A DNA stretch of 64,000 nucleotides from Acidobacteriota bacterium (GCA_965217775.1 CBDCJH010000002.1:5184001-5248000), one strand, 5' to 3'; shown: positions 41,991-50,845, counted from the first letter of the stretch. Notes: generated by a model not told the origin, from the sequence alone. A program made the numbers and translations.

Positions 41991-42164
41991 GTTTCGCACG
42001 TCATCACGGAAAAATAGACTGTCCCATTCTTGCGCTGACCAGATTGCTCCAGGAGCAGGAGTAGCCGGTCTGCGCCACACGCCTCCGCCATCCTCCTGAC
42101 ATCGAACGAGGGGCGGAGAACGTGACTGTCCCGGGGCGGAAAACGTGACTGCCCCCTTCTCTCC

Positions 42165-42407
42165 GCCTTTTCGACGATCGATTGGCTCGTAGAGAACGGC
42201 TACGTTCGGGCTCTCCAGCGTGGAGGACTACAGGTCAACGGCTGCATGTTGACCGAGAAGGCGCTGAAGCTACTCAACTCCATTCCCGATGGCGTCCAGC
42301 AACCCGACGAGACTTTTGGAAAGATTCTTGCTCGCCTGATCAAGGAGGGTGGGATAGACGCGGCCAAGGGCCTGGTCACCCAATTGTTTACATCTGGACT
42401 AACCTGA
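42165..42407 (+). pseudogene. 5'-truncated gene fragment
   Basis: Frame reads FSTIDWLVENGYVR...MLTEKALKLLNSIPD...FTSGLT*. In-frame TGA at 42123 lies inside the motif, with no start codon between it and the fragment. Confidence 0.55.
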
Positions 42408-42873
42408 TGCGCTACCGTACTAATGACAACGGCGCGCGAAAAATAGACTGTCCCCTTCTCCCCAATTCACGGGGAAACTGTCCGGTTCTCGTTTCCCAAA
42501 CGTCATAGCTATTTGAGCACCAAAGGCGAGAGACTTGTGAGGGGCCGCTTCGGCTCCGTCTCGCGAAACCAGGGTTAGTAATTGGTGTCTGTGATCGGTT
42601 CCGGCACGAGGGCAATACCTCCGGGTTCGCTGTTGACGGGAAATAGCGAATGGGAAGACGCCACCTTGGGAGTCCGCCGGACGGGCTCTGCGCTGGAGTC
42701 GGCTCTTGGAGAAATCTGGCTCACGAGCGCAGGTGGGACGCCAAATGCCTCTGGACATCGCCGGATCTTAGCTTTGGTCAACACATACGAGTCAGCAAGA
42801 CGGCTCTTGCGGAAAACGTGATTGTCCCCTTCTCCTCGGTTTTCTCCCGGCACCATCAATCCCTGGAAAGCAT

Positions 42874-43427
42874 TCACTGCTGAGTCAGTCCATGGAAGTA
42901 AGTCTTTGCCTTCCCGGATTCCTCCCCTGCACAGGTAGTGATTATCCAGTATTCTCCCACCCTGACCGGCATGAGAAGGGAGGCACCCGTCACATGGACG
43001 CCATGTTTCGGTCCCCCAGTGCGAATGTGCGCAGATGCATTGGCAAGCAATGTCGCCCGTTTACGGGCCTCTTGACTCACCAAATCCTCTCGGTTTGCAG
43101 AGACATACCCGCAAAGGGTTACACGCTCACCCTCCTTACCCAATTCCAACGCCGCAGACACAAGTCCGTCTGTAGATGCCTGCTGAACTGTGTCAAAAGT
43201 CAGCGGACCCGACATTTCGGAAAAGCCGACTCGCTGGTTTCGAATCTCCAGTAATTGAACAACAATCAAAACCGCCAGACTGATCTCCACTACTAGGACC
43301 ACGACCAGCAGGACCCGAGATCGACCATCTATAGCCGAAAGTGCAGAGGCTGCGATCTGCCAAACTGCGTAGACGGTAAGTCCCCCACATACACTATCGT
43401 TATCAGATCAGCAATGTTGTCCAGCAT
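42874..43427 (-). pseudogene. Membrane protein gene frameshifted in a G5 run
   Basis: GAGGAGG RBS plus ATG at 43427. One extra G at 43382-43386 would join MLDNIADLITIVYVG to GLTVYAVWQ...VLVVEISLA (185 codons). Confidence 0.65.
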
Positions 43428-43609
43428 TTATCCTCCTCTTTTCCGAATGCACGCATATATCGGGGACTCCAGGAACAAGCGACGTAGGTAAAACTAGTTC
43501 TACCATGGACGGAAGGGGACAGTCTCGCTCCTGTGGCCAATTTTGAGCGCGGAACGTGAGTGCGGAACGGACAACGTGACTGTCCCTTTCCCCCTTGATC
43601 AGGCGGTCT

Positions 43610-43994
43610 GCGAGGTGCGGCGGGACAGACGGCTCTCGCCTGCGCGGCGTACCAGGGATTTCCGGAGATCGCCAAGTTGCTGCTGTACCGGGGGGCGGAC
43701 CGGGATGTTCAGGACGACGATGGTCGGACCCCGCTGATGCAAGCCGCCTGGAACGGTCATGCTGAGGTGGCGGAACTCCTACTGGATCGGAAGTCCCGGA
43801 TCGATGTCCAGGATGGTGAGGGCGCCACTGCCTTGGCCCTCGCCGCGTCCCGAGGCCAAGCGGATCTGGTCCGGCTGCTGTTGAGCCGCGGCGCGGACGC
43901 CGGTATCCGGAACCACCAGGGACGGACTCCCCTCATGCTGGCGCAGGCCGAGGGCCGAAAGGTCACGGCCAGATTGCTCCAAGAGCAGGAATAG
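43610..43994 (+). pseudogene. Diverged copy of the 3' 385 bp of the ankyrin gene
   Basis: Ungapped match to 40585-40969 with 46 mismatches (about 88%), many synonymous. Ends at the same stop position and has no 5' part. Confidence 0.9.
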
Positions 43995-44000
43995 CCGGCC

Positions 44001-44242
44001 CGTAACATCCGCAAGCCGCCGCCTGCCATCCCCCTGCGCGAGTCCTGCCGCCACCAGGAACGGGTCACAAAACCCGCCCTCGCCAACCTTTCCAAGTGGC
44101 CCCTCATTGGGTCGAGGGCATACGCGTCCTGCTCAAGAAGGGCACGGCGGTGGCCAGCGTCGCAGCCTTCCTCGATGTCGTGCGTTCTCCCCCTCACGGC
44201 CACATCGACGCCCCCATCGGCTCCCTGCGCAAGATCGCCCTC
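44001..44242 (+). mobile_element. Decayed IS1634-like transposase N-terminal remnant
   Basis: PPAIPLRESCR...ALANLSKWP, then a frameshift, then HWVEGIRVLLKKGTAV...DVVRSPPHGH...GSLRKIAL. Resembles IS1634 N-termini as recalled. Confidence 0.65.
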
Positions 44243-44545
44243 CATGCACCGGCGATTTCGTTCACCATGACTCCCATGGGCCGCTCCGGCAGCCGTCGGC
44301 CCATGTTGACTATCGTCTGTCCTCCGTATACTTTGACTCGAATTGAGATCCGGCCCCCCTATACCAGGGAGAAATCGCGAAATGCTGCGGATTTTCGAAA
44401 CATATTGAGGCTCTGAGAGTCTCCGGAATCGACGATCTCTTCTGGCGCAAGGGTGGCGGTATAGGTTCCTGGGCGTTCTTTCACCGCTTCCGCGGACTGA
44501 GGGTCGGGCAGGAACTCTCGGAAGAGCGAAACAAGGAGCCTCCCG

Positions 44546-46015
44546 ATGCGATGTTTTCAGGCGATGTCGATAGGTATCGTCCTGACCGCGTCCACCTTGG
44601 GATGGGAATCGAGCGTCTTCGCCCAAGTTCGCGGGCGCGTGAAGAGTAGCCTGCTATTGCTCATCGACGCCTCCGGGAGCATGGGAGATCCCATCGGAAG
44701 GGGGAATTCACAGGTCAAGATCGAAGCTGCCAAGCAGGCCGCCATCGCCGCCTTGGGCCGGGCGGCAAACAGCGGTTCGGTGGAAGTCGCGGTTCTGGCC
44801 TTCAGCGGAGATTGCAAAAATCCTGTCCCTCGCTACCAGGACTTCACCCGGGATGTCAGTCGGCTCACGCAGTTCATCAATAGTCTGCAGCCGGGCGGCG
44901 GCACCCCCATGGCCGAAGCCTTGCTATTCGCCAACCGCTATATGCACGGAAACAGTGATCCCGGTGCTGCCACGCGAATGATCATGTTGCTTGCGGATGG
45001 CCAGAACGACTGCGGCGATGTCGCTCAGGCGATGGGCAGCTTGAAGTCCGGCGGGATCATCTTCCGGCATGAAACCGTGGGGTTCGGCATTACGCCAAGC
45101 TCTCCGGCGACGCACGATTTGCGCCAGATTGCCACTCAAACCGGCGGCGTCTACCACCATGCCGCCGACGCCAACCAACTGGCGGACGTGTTCATGGAGT
45201 TCGTGGACACGTTTTCCGTTATTGACATGCTGGGAATGTTCGGACGTCCCGGCGCGCGTGGGACGGCGGTAAACCCGCAAGGGCAACCGAAGAAGAAACA
45301 AGCGCCAGACATCGCTCCCCCAACTTCCAAGCCAGGGTCTGGTGAATTGTCAAACATGCTCGGTCTCTTCAAACCAAAACAGTCGGCGGCGGAGGTGGAC
45401 AATTCACTTCCTGCCGCTTCCGGATCGATGCTGTGCTACCGGCAATTCACCAACCCCTCGGGGCTGGACGGCGTGCGCGACCATCATCAGGTCACCGAAT
45501 TCACCTGCGCCACTTCATGCCAGTCTTTTGGGTCGTCCCCGTACCTTACCGGCGAGACCAGAGTCGACCGCCCGCCCGGGACGTCGTGCGCGGAGCAGTG
45601 CATCTACGCAGCCGGTTCCGATTTCGATGCGAAATTCGTCCATGGCCGGTCCATCATCGAGAACCACTGCGTGAACGCATTCGATCCGCTACAGTCGCCC
45701 GACGTGGTGACCCATTTCTACTGCGACCTCTCGGACAATAAGCATCGCGTCACTTGGCAGAGCAGGACGCGGCCATGGGCCGGCTTTCGCATCTATCTCA
45801 ATCACTTTCCCGACCGAAACGACGAAGCGCAATTCATGGGCGAAACAGTGGGGAACACGTTTGATTTCGAGTACGGGACGAACTTTCACGAAAATCCAGT
45901 GGTGGACGGGATGAATCTCTGGAATCCGTTTCCGCAAGTCGGGGTGAGTGCCTGCAACAAGTATGGAATCTGCACGCCGGTTTTCTACGGAAATCGGGGC
46001 GGCTGCGGGCCGTAG
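44546..46015 (+). CDS. Secreted vWA-domain protein with Cys-rich C-terminal region
   Basis: Signal peptide, MIDAS DASGSM, GGTPM, LADG, Pro/Lys linker and multiple cysteines. Confidence 0.85.
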   Translation: MRCFQAMSIGIVLTASTLGWESSVFAQVRGRVKSSLLLLIDASGSMGDPIGRGNSQVKIEAAKQAAIAALGRAANSGSVEVAVLAFSGDCKNPVPRYQDFTRDVSRLTQFINSLQPGGGTPMAEALLFANRYMHGNSDPGAATRMIMLLADGQNDCGDVAQAMGSLKSGGIIFRHETVGFGITPSSPATHDLRQIATQTGGVYHHAADANQLADVFMEFVDTFSVIDMLGMFGRPGARGTAVNPQGQPKKKQAPDIAPPTSKPGSGELSNMLGLFKPKQSAAEVDNSLPAASGSMLCYRQFTNPSGLDGVRDHHQVTEFTCATSCQSFGSSPYLTGETRVDRPPGTSCAEQCIYAAGSDFDAKFVHGRSIIENHCVNAFDPLQSPDVVTHFYCDLSDNKHRVTWQSRTRPWAGFRIYLNHFPDRNDEAQFMGETVGNTFDFEYGTNFHENPVVDGMNLWNPFPQVGVSACNKYGICTPVFYGNRGGCGP

Positions 46016-46440
46016 ACGGGCGCGGACCTTCCCATTCCCGATCGATTGGACAGGTGGGGGCTCGCGTTACGAGGTTTCGCGCCTGGTATCGAGTCACGAT
46101 GGGGTCACCGACATCATGCCCTTCAAATCATGGCGGGCCAGCATGGAGATTCGTGAGGCTCTCTCTCGGGAGCACTGGCCGACGACTATCCGACGGTTCA
46201 AACGGTAAAGCGTCGACTGCTGGACGAGTGCGGTGATGACTGTCACGTCGTCATGGAATTCAGTGTCGTATGCGCGGCCTTTGCGGCGGATGAGGTGCTG
46301 GACCGAGGACTACGAAGACCGCGCGCGGGCTCAGAAAAGGGCCATGGATGAATGCTGAGAGAGGCGGGACATGGTCCATTGTACGAGTCTGGTGTTGCAT
46401 GCGACGTTGAGCGATGAAATCAGATGATGGGAGAAGCACC

Positions 46441-49071
46441 ATGAGGAAGACAGTTGGTCGTTTACTGGCCGTGTCGTTATTGGGGGGCATTGTGTTTGGT
46501 TCGGCGCAACTTCCGCCGGAGATCCTCGCGGACCAATATCTGCTGCAAGCCGACCAGCAGATAGCCAAGAACGACCATGAGGAGGCGCTCCAGTCACTCC
46601 AGAAGATCCTGGCTCTGCAAAAGGAGCACGGACTGACGTTGCCGGAGGCGTTCCACTTCAAGTATGCGCAAGTGGCGTTTGCAGCCGGATCGTTTCCAAC
46701 GGCGTTGGAGTCGGTGAACCAGTATTTGGTGATGGCCGGCAGAGACGGCGAGTTCTACCAGAAGGCGTTGGAGTTGTTGCTTGCAATCAAGGCGGTGGCG
46801 GACCGGACCCCGTGCGCGGGCCAACCCAAGGGGACCGAGTGCTGGCTGGAGTTGGCGAGTCAGCCGGGATGCTCTGTCTGGATTCCACAATTCGAGCCCT
46901 ACAAGGCAGCAACGTGGACCGGGGAGTGTTCCGGGGGCGTGGCTCAAGGGCGGGGAACCCTCAAATGGGTCTGGGAAGCTGGTGACAAGCTCTACAAGGA
47001 AAAGAAGAGCGTCGAGAAGGCTGAGACCCCGAATGCCCCACAGCTCCGATCAGGAACGCCGTCCACGTTCCGGGACGGACCCACGTGCGCGGGCCAGCCC
47101 AATGGCACAGCCTGCTGGATGGAGTTGGCCGACCAACCAGGATGCTACGTCTGGGATAGTGACCTCAATGTGGACGCAACCGTGACTTGGACGGGCGAGT
47201 GCATCGAGGGCATTGGTCAGGGTACCGGCACGTTTAAATCGGTGTGGGACGGTGGCAAGAAGACATCGGAAAATACAGGGCGAATGCAAGCCGGCAAGAA
47301 GCACGGGCAGTGGGTCTTGCGCCGTGAGAACGGGGATGTCTTCCAAGGCCCATATGTGGAGGGCAAGTTTCATGGACCTTGGATCCTGCGCTTGGCAGAC
47401 GGGACAGTCCAGGAAGGCTCGTTTATGGAGGGGAAGCATTACGGGCAGTGGGTCTTGCGCTACAAGGACGGGGATGTCGAGCAAGGATCGGCTGTGGAAG
47501 GCAAGCGCCACGGGCAGTGGTTATGGCGCGACAAGGACGGGAGCGTAGAGGAAAGGTTCTATGTGGAGGGCAAGAAAATCGGGAGCAATGCGAACGCTGA
47601 AGTCATGGAAGGGCTTATGGTAAACGGCCAGATGCACGGGGACTGGGTCTGGCGTGAAGCGGACGGGGATGTCGAGGAAGGGCCCTATGTCGAGGGTCAA
47701 CGCCACGGGCAGTGGGTCTTGCGGTTCGCGAGCGGGAACGTCTGGGAAGGGCCCTATGTAAGCGGCAAGAAGCAGGGAAGTTGGGTCGAGGGGAACTGGA
47801 AAGGGGCCTATGCCGAGGACAGGAAGCACGGCGACTGGGTCAAACTTCACAAGAACGGAAACATCAGCGAAGAGGTGCCCTTTGTTAAGGGCAAGCGGCA
47901 GGGGCGCTGGGTCAGTCGTAACGAGGACGGGAGTGTCTTTGCAGAAGGGACATATGTAGCGGATCAGAAGCACGGTCGATGGTTAGACAGATACGAGGAG
48001 GCGGCCGGAAGCTACTGGGATAAGGGGTCAGGATCTTACGTGGAGGGGAAGCGGCACGGGCGCTGGAGCTGGCAGGATGGTGCCGGTGACTCAGCGATTG
48101 GACCCTACGTCGAGGGGAAGGAGCACGGCTTTTGGACATTTTACGACAAGGATTCGAAGATCGGGGAGCCCCCTGCAGAGGGCCCCTATGAAGAGGGCCA
48201 GCGCCACGGGCGGTGGGTCTTGCGCGACAAGAACGGGACCATCTCGGAAGGCCCGTATGTCAAGGGAAAGCGGCACGGAACCTGGCTCCTTTACTCGAAG
48301 GGGAAAAAAGACAATTCATTGACGAGTAAGCTCATATATGACAGTGGCAGCATTGCCCCTGTCCCGCTCAAACCGGAAATGGCGGTCATTCCAGCGGGAG
48401 AATACCGGAGAGGCTGTAGGTTGGACTGTGGCGAATACTCGGCCGCAGAGAAACCGGTGCGAAAAGTGAGGGTGGAGGCGTTCGAGTTGTCCAGGTACGA
48501 GGTGACGTTCGAGGAGTACGATCGTTACACGGCGGCGACGGGACGGGAACGCGCGGACGATGAGGGCTGGGGCCGTGGGAGGCAACCGGTAATCAACGTG
48601 TCGTGGGAGGATGCGGTGGCGTATGCGAGTTGGCTGTCGGAGCAGACGGGGCAACGCTATCGGTTGCCGAGCGAGGCGGAGTGGGAGTACGCTGCGCGGT
48701 CGGGAACGAAAAAGAAGAAGTACAGTTGGGGCAACGAGATTGGGCGCAACCGGGCTAACTGCAGGGGTTGTGGCAGTCAGTGGGGCAAGCAGACGGCCCC
48801 GGTGGGATCGTTCCCACCTAACCGTTGGGGCCTGCATGACATGCACGGGAACGTGTGGGAGTGGGTGCAGGACTGCTGGAACGGCTCCTACCAAGGGGCG
48901 CCGGCGGACGGCACGGCCTGGGCAAGCGGGGACTGTTCCCAGCGCGTTTTGCGCGGCGGCTCCTGGTACGTCAGCCCCAGGCTTCTCCGCTCCGCGAACC
49001 GCATCAGGATCACCACCACGAACCGGTACTACGACGACGGGTTCCGCGTGGCCCGGACTATTACCCCTTGA
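46441..49071 (+). CDS. DGR target protein: signal peptide, TPR-like region, two Cys-rich modules, MORN-like repeats, C-terminal FGE-sulfatase/CLec domain
   Basis: GPYVEGKRHGQW repeats, YEVTF, PVINVSWEDA, RLPSEAEWEYAAR, DMHGNVWEW, RVLRGGSW...GFRVAR. Confidence 0.93.
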   Translation: MRKTVGRLLAVSLLGGIVFGSAQLPPEILADQYLLQADQQIAKNDHEEALQSLQKILALQKEHGLTLPEAFHFKYAQVAFAAGSFPTALESVNQYLVMAGRDGEFYQKALELLLAIKAVADRTPCAGQPKGTECWLELASQPGCSVWIPQFEPYKAATWTGECSGGVAQGRGTLKWVWEAGDKLYKEKKSVEKAETPNAPQLRSGTPSTFRDGPTCAGQPNGTACWMELADQPGCYVWDSDLNVDATVTWTGECIEGIGQGTGTFKSVWDGGKKTSENTGRMQAGKKHGQWVLRRENGDVFQGPYVEGKFHGPWILRLADGTVQEGSFMEGKHYGQWVLRYKDGDVEQGSAVEGKRHGQWLWRDKDGSVEERFYVEGKKIGSNANAEVMEGLMVNGQMHGDWVWREADGDVEEGPYVEGQRHGQWVLRFASGNVWEGPYVSGKKQGSWVEGNWKGAYAEDRKHGDWVKLHKNGNISEEVPFVKGKRQGRWVSRNEDGSVFAEGTYVADQKHGRWLDRYEEAAGSYWDKGSGSYVEGKRHGRWSWQDGAGDSAIGPYVEGKEHGFWTFYDKDSKIGEPPAEGPYEEGQRHGRWVLRDKNGTISEGPYVKGKRHGTWLLYSKGKKDNSLTSKLIYDSGSIAPVPLKPEMAVIPAGEYRRGCRLDCGEYSAAEKPVRKVRVEAFELSRYEVTFEEYDRYTAATGRERADDEGWGRGRQPVINVSWEDAVAYASWLSEQTGQRYRLPSEAEWEYAARSGTKKKKYSWGNEIGRNRANCRGCGSQWGKQTAPVGSFPPNRWGLHDMHGNVWEWVQDCWNGSYQGAPADGTAWASGDCSQRVLRGGSWYVSPRLLRSANRIRITTTNRYYDDGFRVARTITP
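48938..49055 (+). repeat. DGR variable repeat (VR)
   Basis: 118 bp matching TR 50603-50720. All 12 differences lie at TR adenines. Confidence 0.96.
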
Positions 49072-49100
49072 GTCTTTAAATCTTTACTTCCTACGGGGGT

Positions 49101-49120
49101 CCAGGGGGCTGGCCCCCTGG
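49101..49120 (+). other. GC-rich hairpin downstream of VR (DGR target-recognition element candidate)
   Basis: CCAGGGGG-CTGG-CCCCCTGG, an 8-bp perfect stem with 4-nt loop, 30 nt after the stop codon. Confidence 0.8.
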
Positions 49121-49146
49121 TATTTTTCTGAGGCTCAGCGGCAAAT

Positions 49147-49542
49147 TTGAGCAATGCAACCCATCGAGGGCGTGTGGGCAGAGGTGACCGTTCGCGCGAG
49201 ACGGGGCCGGCGCTGGAGTCGCACTTCCGGTTCGTCGCGTGGTTGATCCCGACGATGGAGCGGTTTCCGCGCCGGAAGAAGTTTCTGCTGGGGGACCGGA
49301 TCCAGACCTCGGCGCTGGACGTTCTGGAGCGGCTGATCGAGGCGACCTACACCCGGCGCCGGGGTCCCGCCCTGACCTCCGCCAACCTGGGCCTGGAGAA
49401 ACTGCGGTTCCTGTGCCGCCTGGCGCACAAACTCCGTTACCTGGACCCTCGCCGCTACGAGCACGCGGCGCGACAACTGGACGAGACCGGTCGTCTGGTG
49501 GGCGGCTGGCGCAAGACGCATCATGGCCGAGAAAGCGCGTGA
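49147..49542 (+). CDS. avd: DGR accessory variability determinant (four-helix bundle)
   Basis: ERFPRRKKFLLGDRI, LEKLRFLCRLA, ETGRLVGGWRK. Basic protein overlapping the RT start. Confidence 0.92.
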   Translation: MSNATHRGRVGRGDRSRETGPALESHFRFVAWLIPTMERFPRRKKFLLGDRIQTSALDVLERLIEATYTRRRGPALTSANLGLEKLRFLCRLAHKLRYLDPRRYEHAARQLDETGRLVGGWRKTHHGRESA

Positions 49543-50794
49543 TCTCTTCGACCGGATCGCCTCGTTTCCCGCCCTGCTGGAGGCGGCCCGGATCGCCGCC
49601 CGGGGCAAGCGGACCAAGCCCGGCGTGGCGTCGTTCCTCGCCAATCTGGAACCTCAGGTCCTGCGCCTGGAGCGGGAACTGAGGAGCGGGTGCTACCGTC
49701 CCGGACGCTACACCGTCATCGAGAGCCGGGACCCCAAACGCCGCATGGTCTCGGCGGCGCCCTTTTGGGACCGGGTCGTCCACCACGCCTTCTGCCGCGT
49801 CGTGGAACCCATCTTCGAACGCGGCTTCATCCACGACAGCTACGCCAACCGGAAGGGCAAGGGAACCCACAGGGCCATCGCGCGCTACGAACGATTTCGC
49901 GACCGGCACCGCTGGGTGCTGCGTTGTGACATCTTCCGCTACTTCCCGGCCATCGACCACGAGACCCTCAAGGCGGACCTGCGGCGGCGGATCGCCTGCC
50001 GGCGCACCCTGGCGTTGGCGGAACGCCTCATCGATGGGTCCTACCTGCAGGAATCGGTGAACCTCTACTATCCCGGCGACAATCTCTTCACCCCCTTCGA
50101 ACGCCGGCGAGGTTTGCCCATCGGCAACCTGGCGAGCCAGTTCTTCGCCAAACTCTATCTGAACGGCCTCGACCACTTCTGCAAGGAAGTGCTGCGGGCG
50201 AAGGGATATCTCAGGTACGTGGACGACTTCGCGCTGTTTCACGACGACCGCGGGCGGCTCGAGGACTGGCGGAATCGAATCACGACGTATCTCAAGGGCC
50301 GGCGCCTGCGGCTGCACCCACGCAAGACGGTGGTGCTGGAAACTGCTCAACCGACTCCGTTCCTGGGCCTGGTCCTTTTTCCGGGCGGTTATCGCCGATT
50401 GCCGGAAGCGAACGTGCGCCGGTTCCGCAATCGCCTGCGGGGGCTGCGCGACCGCTGGCACGCGGGCGCTGTGGACCTGGAACAGATGACTCGGCACGTG
50501 CGCGCCTGGATCGCGCATGCCGAGCATGCGAATACCTGGCGCCTGCGCCAAGCGATCTTCCGGGCGGTGCGCTTCGGCGCCGTCCGGGGGCCTGACCGTC
50601 CCCCCAGCGCGTTTTGCGCGGCGGCTCCTGGAACAACAACCCCAGGAATCTCCGCTCCGCGAACCGCAACAGGAACACCACCACGAACCGGAACAACAAC
50701 AACGGGTTCCGCGTGGCCCGCACGCTCGCAAGCCGGAGCCGGGGTCCCTACGGGGACGCCGGGAGCGCCTCCGAGCGTCCAGGGACGGTCATGA
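49523..50794 (+). CDS. DGR-type reverse transcriptase
   Basis: PKRRMVSAAP, DRVVHHA, SYANRKGKGTH, CDIFRYF, GLPIGNLASQ, YLRYVDDF, FLG. Lacks intron X/endonuclease domains. Confidence 0.95.
   Translation: MAEKARDLFDRIASFPALLEAARIAARGKRTKPGVASFLANLEPQVLRLERELRSGCYRPGRYTVIESRDPKRRMVSAAPFWDRVVHHAFCRVVEPIFERGFIHDSYANRKGKGTHRAIARYERFRDRHRWVLRCDIFRYFPAIDHETLKADLRRRIACRRTLALAERLIDGSYLQESVNLYYPGDNLFTPFERRRGLPIGNLASQFFAKLYLNGLDHFCKEVLRAKGYLRYVDDFALFHDDRGRLEDWRNRITTYLKGRRLRLHPRKTVVLETAQPTPFLGLVLFPGGYRRLPEANVRRFRNRLRGLRDRWHAGAVDLEQMTRHVRAWIAHAEHANTWRLRQAIFRAVRFGAVRGPDRPPSAFCAAAPGTTTPGISAPRTATGTPPRTGTTTTGSAWPARSQAGAGVPTGTPGAPPSVQGRS
50603..50720 (+). ncRNA. DGR template repeat (TR), within the 3' end of the RT ORF
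   Basis: In the VR frame it reads RVLRGGSWNNNPRNLRSANRNRNTTTNRNNNNGFRVAR, with 12 AAY codons and 30 adenines. Confidence 0.95.
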
Positions 50795-50808
50795 TGAAGA
50801 CCGGGACG

Positions 50809-50845
50809 GCGCCCCTCTTGCCCCGCGGTCGCGGGGGAGGGGCGC
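50809..50845 (+). terminator. Long GC-rich hairpin after RT/TR (terminator or TR-RNA 3' structure)
   Basis: GCGCCCCTC-ttg-CCCCGCG-gt-CGCGGGG-GAGGGGCGC. Confidence 0.55.

Larger units (their letters stand above)
41080..43594. repeat. Cluster of about 10 short GACTGTCCC-core motifs
   Basis: Copies near 41080, 41272, 42008, 42110, 42133, 42439, 42471, 42809, 43511 (inverted) and 43568. Consensus AAAA(TA/CGT)GACTGTCCCCTTCTC. Confidence 0.8.

Noticed and set aside
42575-42877. Minus-strand 100-aa ORF as an intact gene
   Set aside because: Its 5' end runs through a GACTGTCCC motif and it has no recognisable motif. It may be another truncated fragment, but this cannot be supported.
41080-43594. 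GACTGTCCC motif cluster as a CRISPR array or integron attC array
   Set aside because: The repeats are short and degenerate, spacing is irregular (about 20-740 bp), one copy is inverted, and no cas or intI gene or attC-like structure was seen.
49523-50794. Group II intron, retron or Abi reverse transcriptase
   Set aside because: The adjacent avd, the IGNxxSQ motif, the absence of maturase/endonuclease domains and the adenine-specific TR/VR pair all indicate a DGR.
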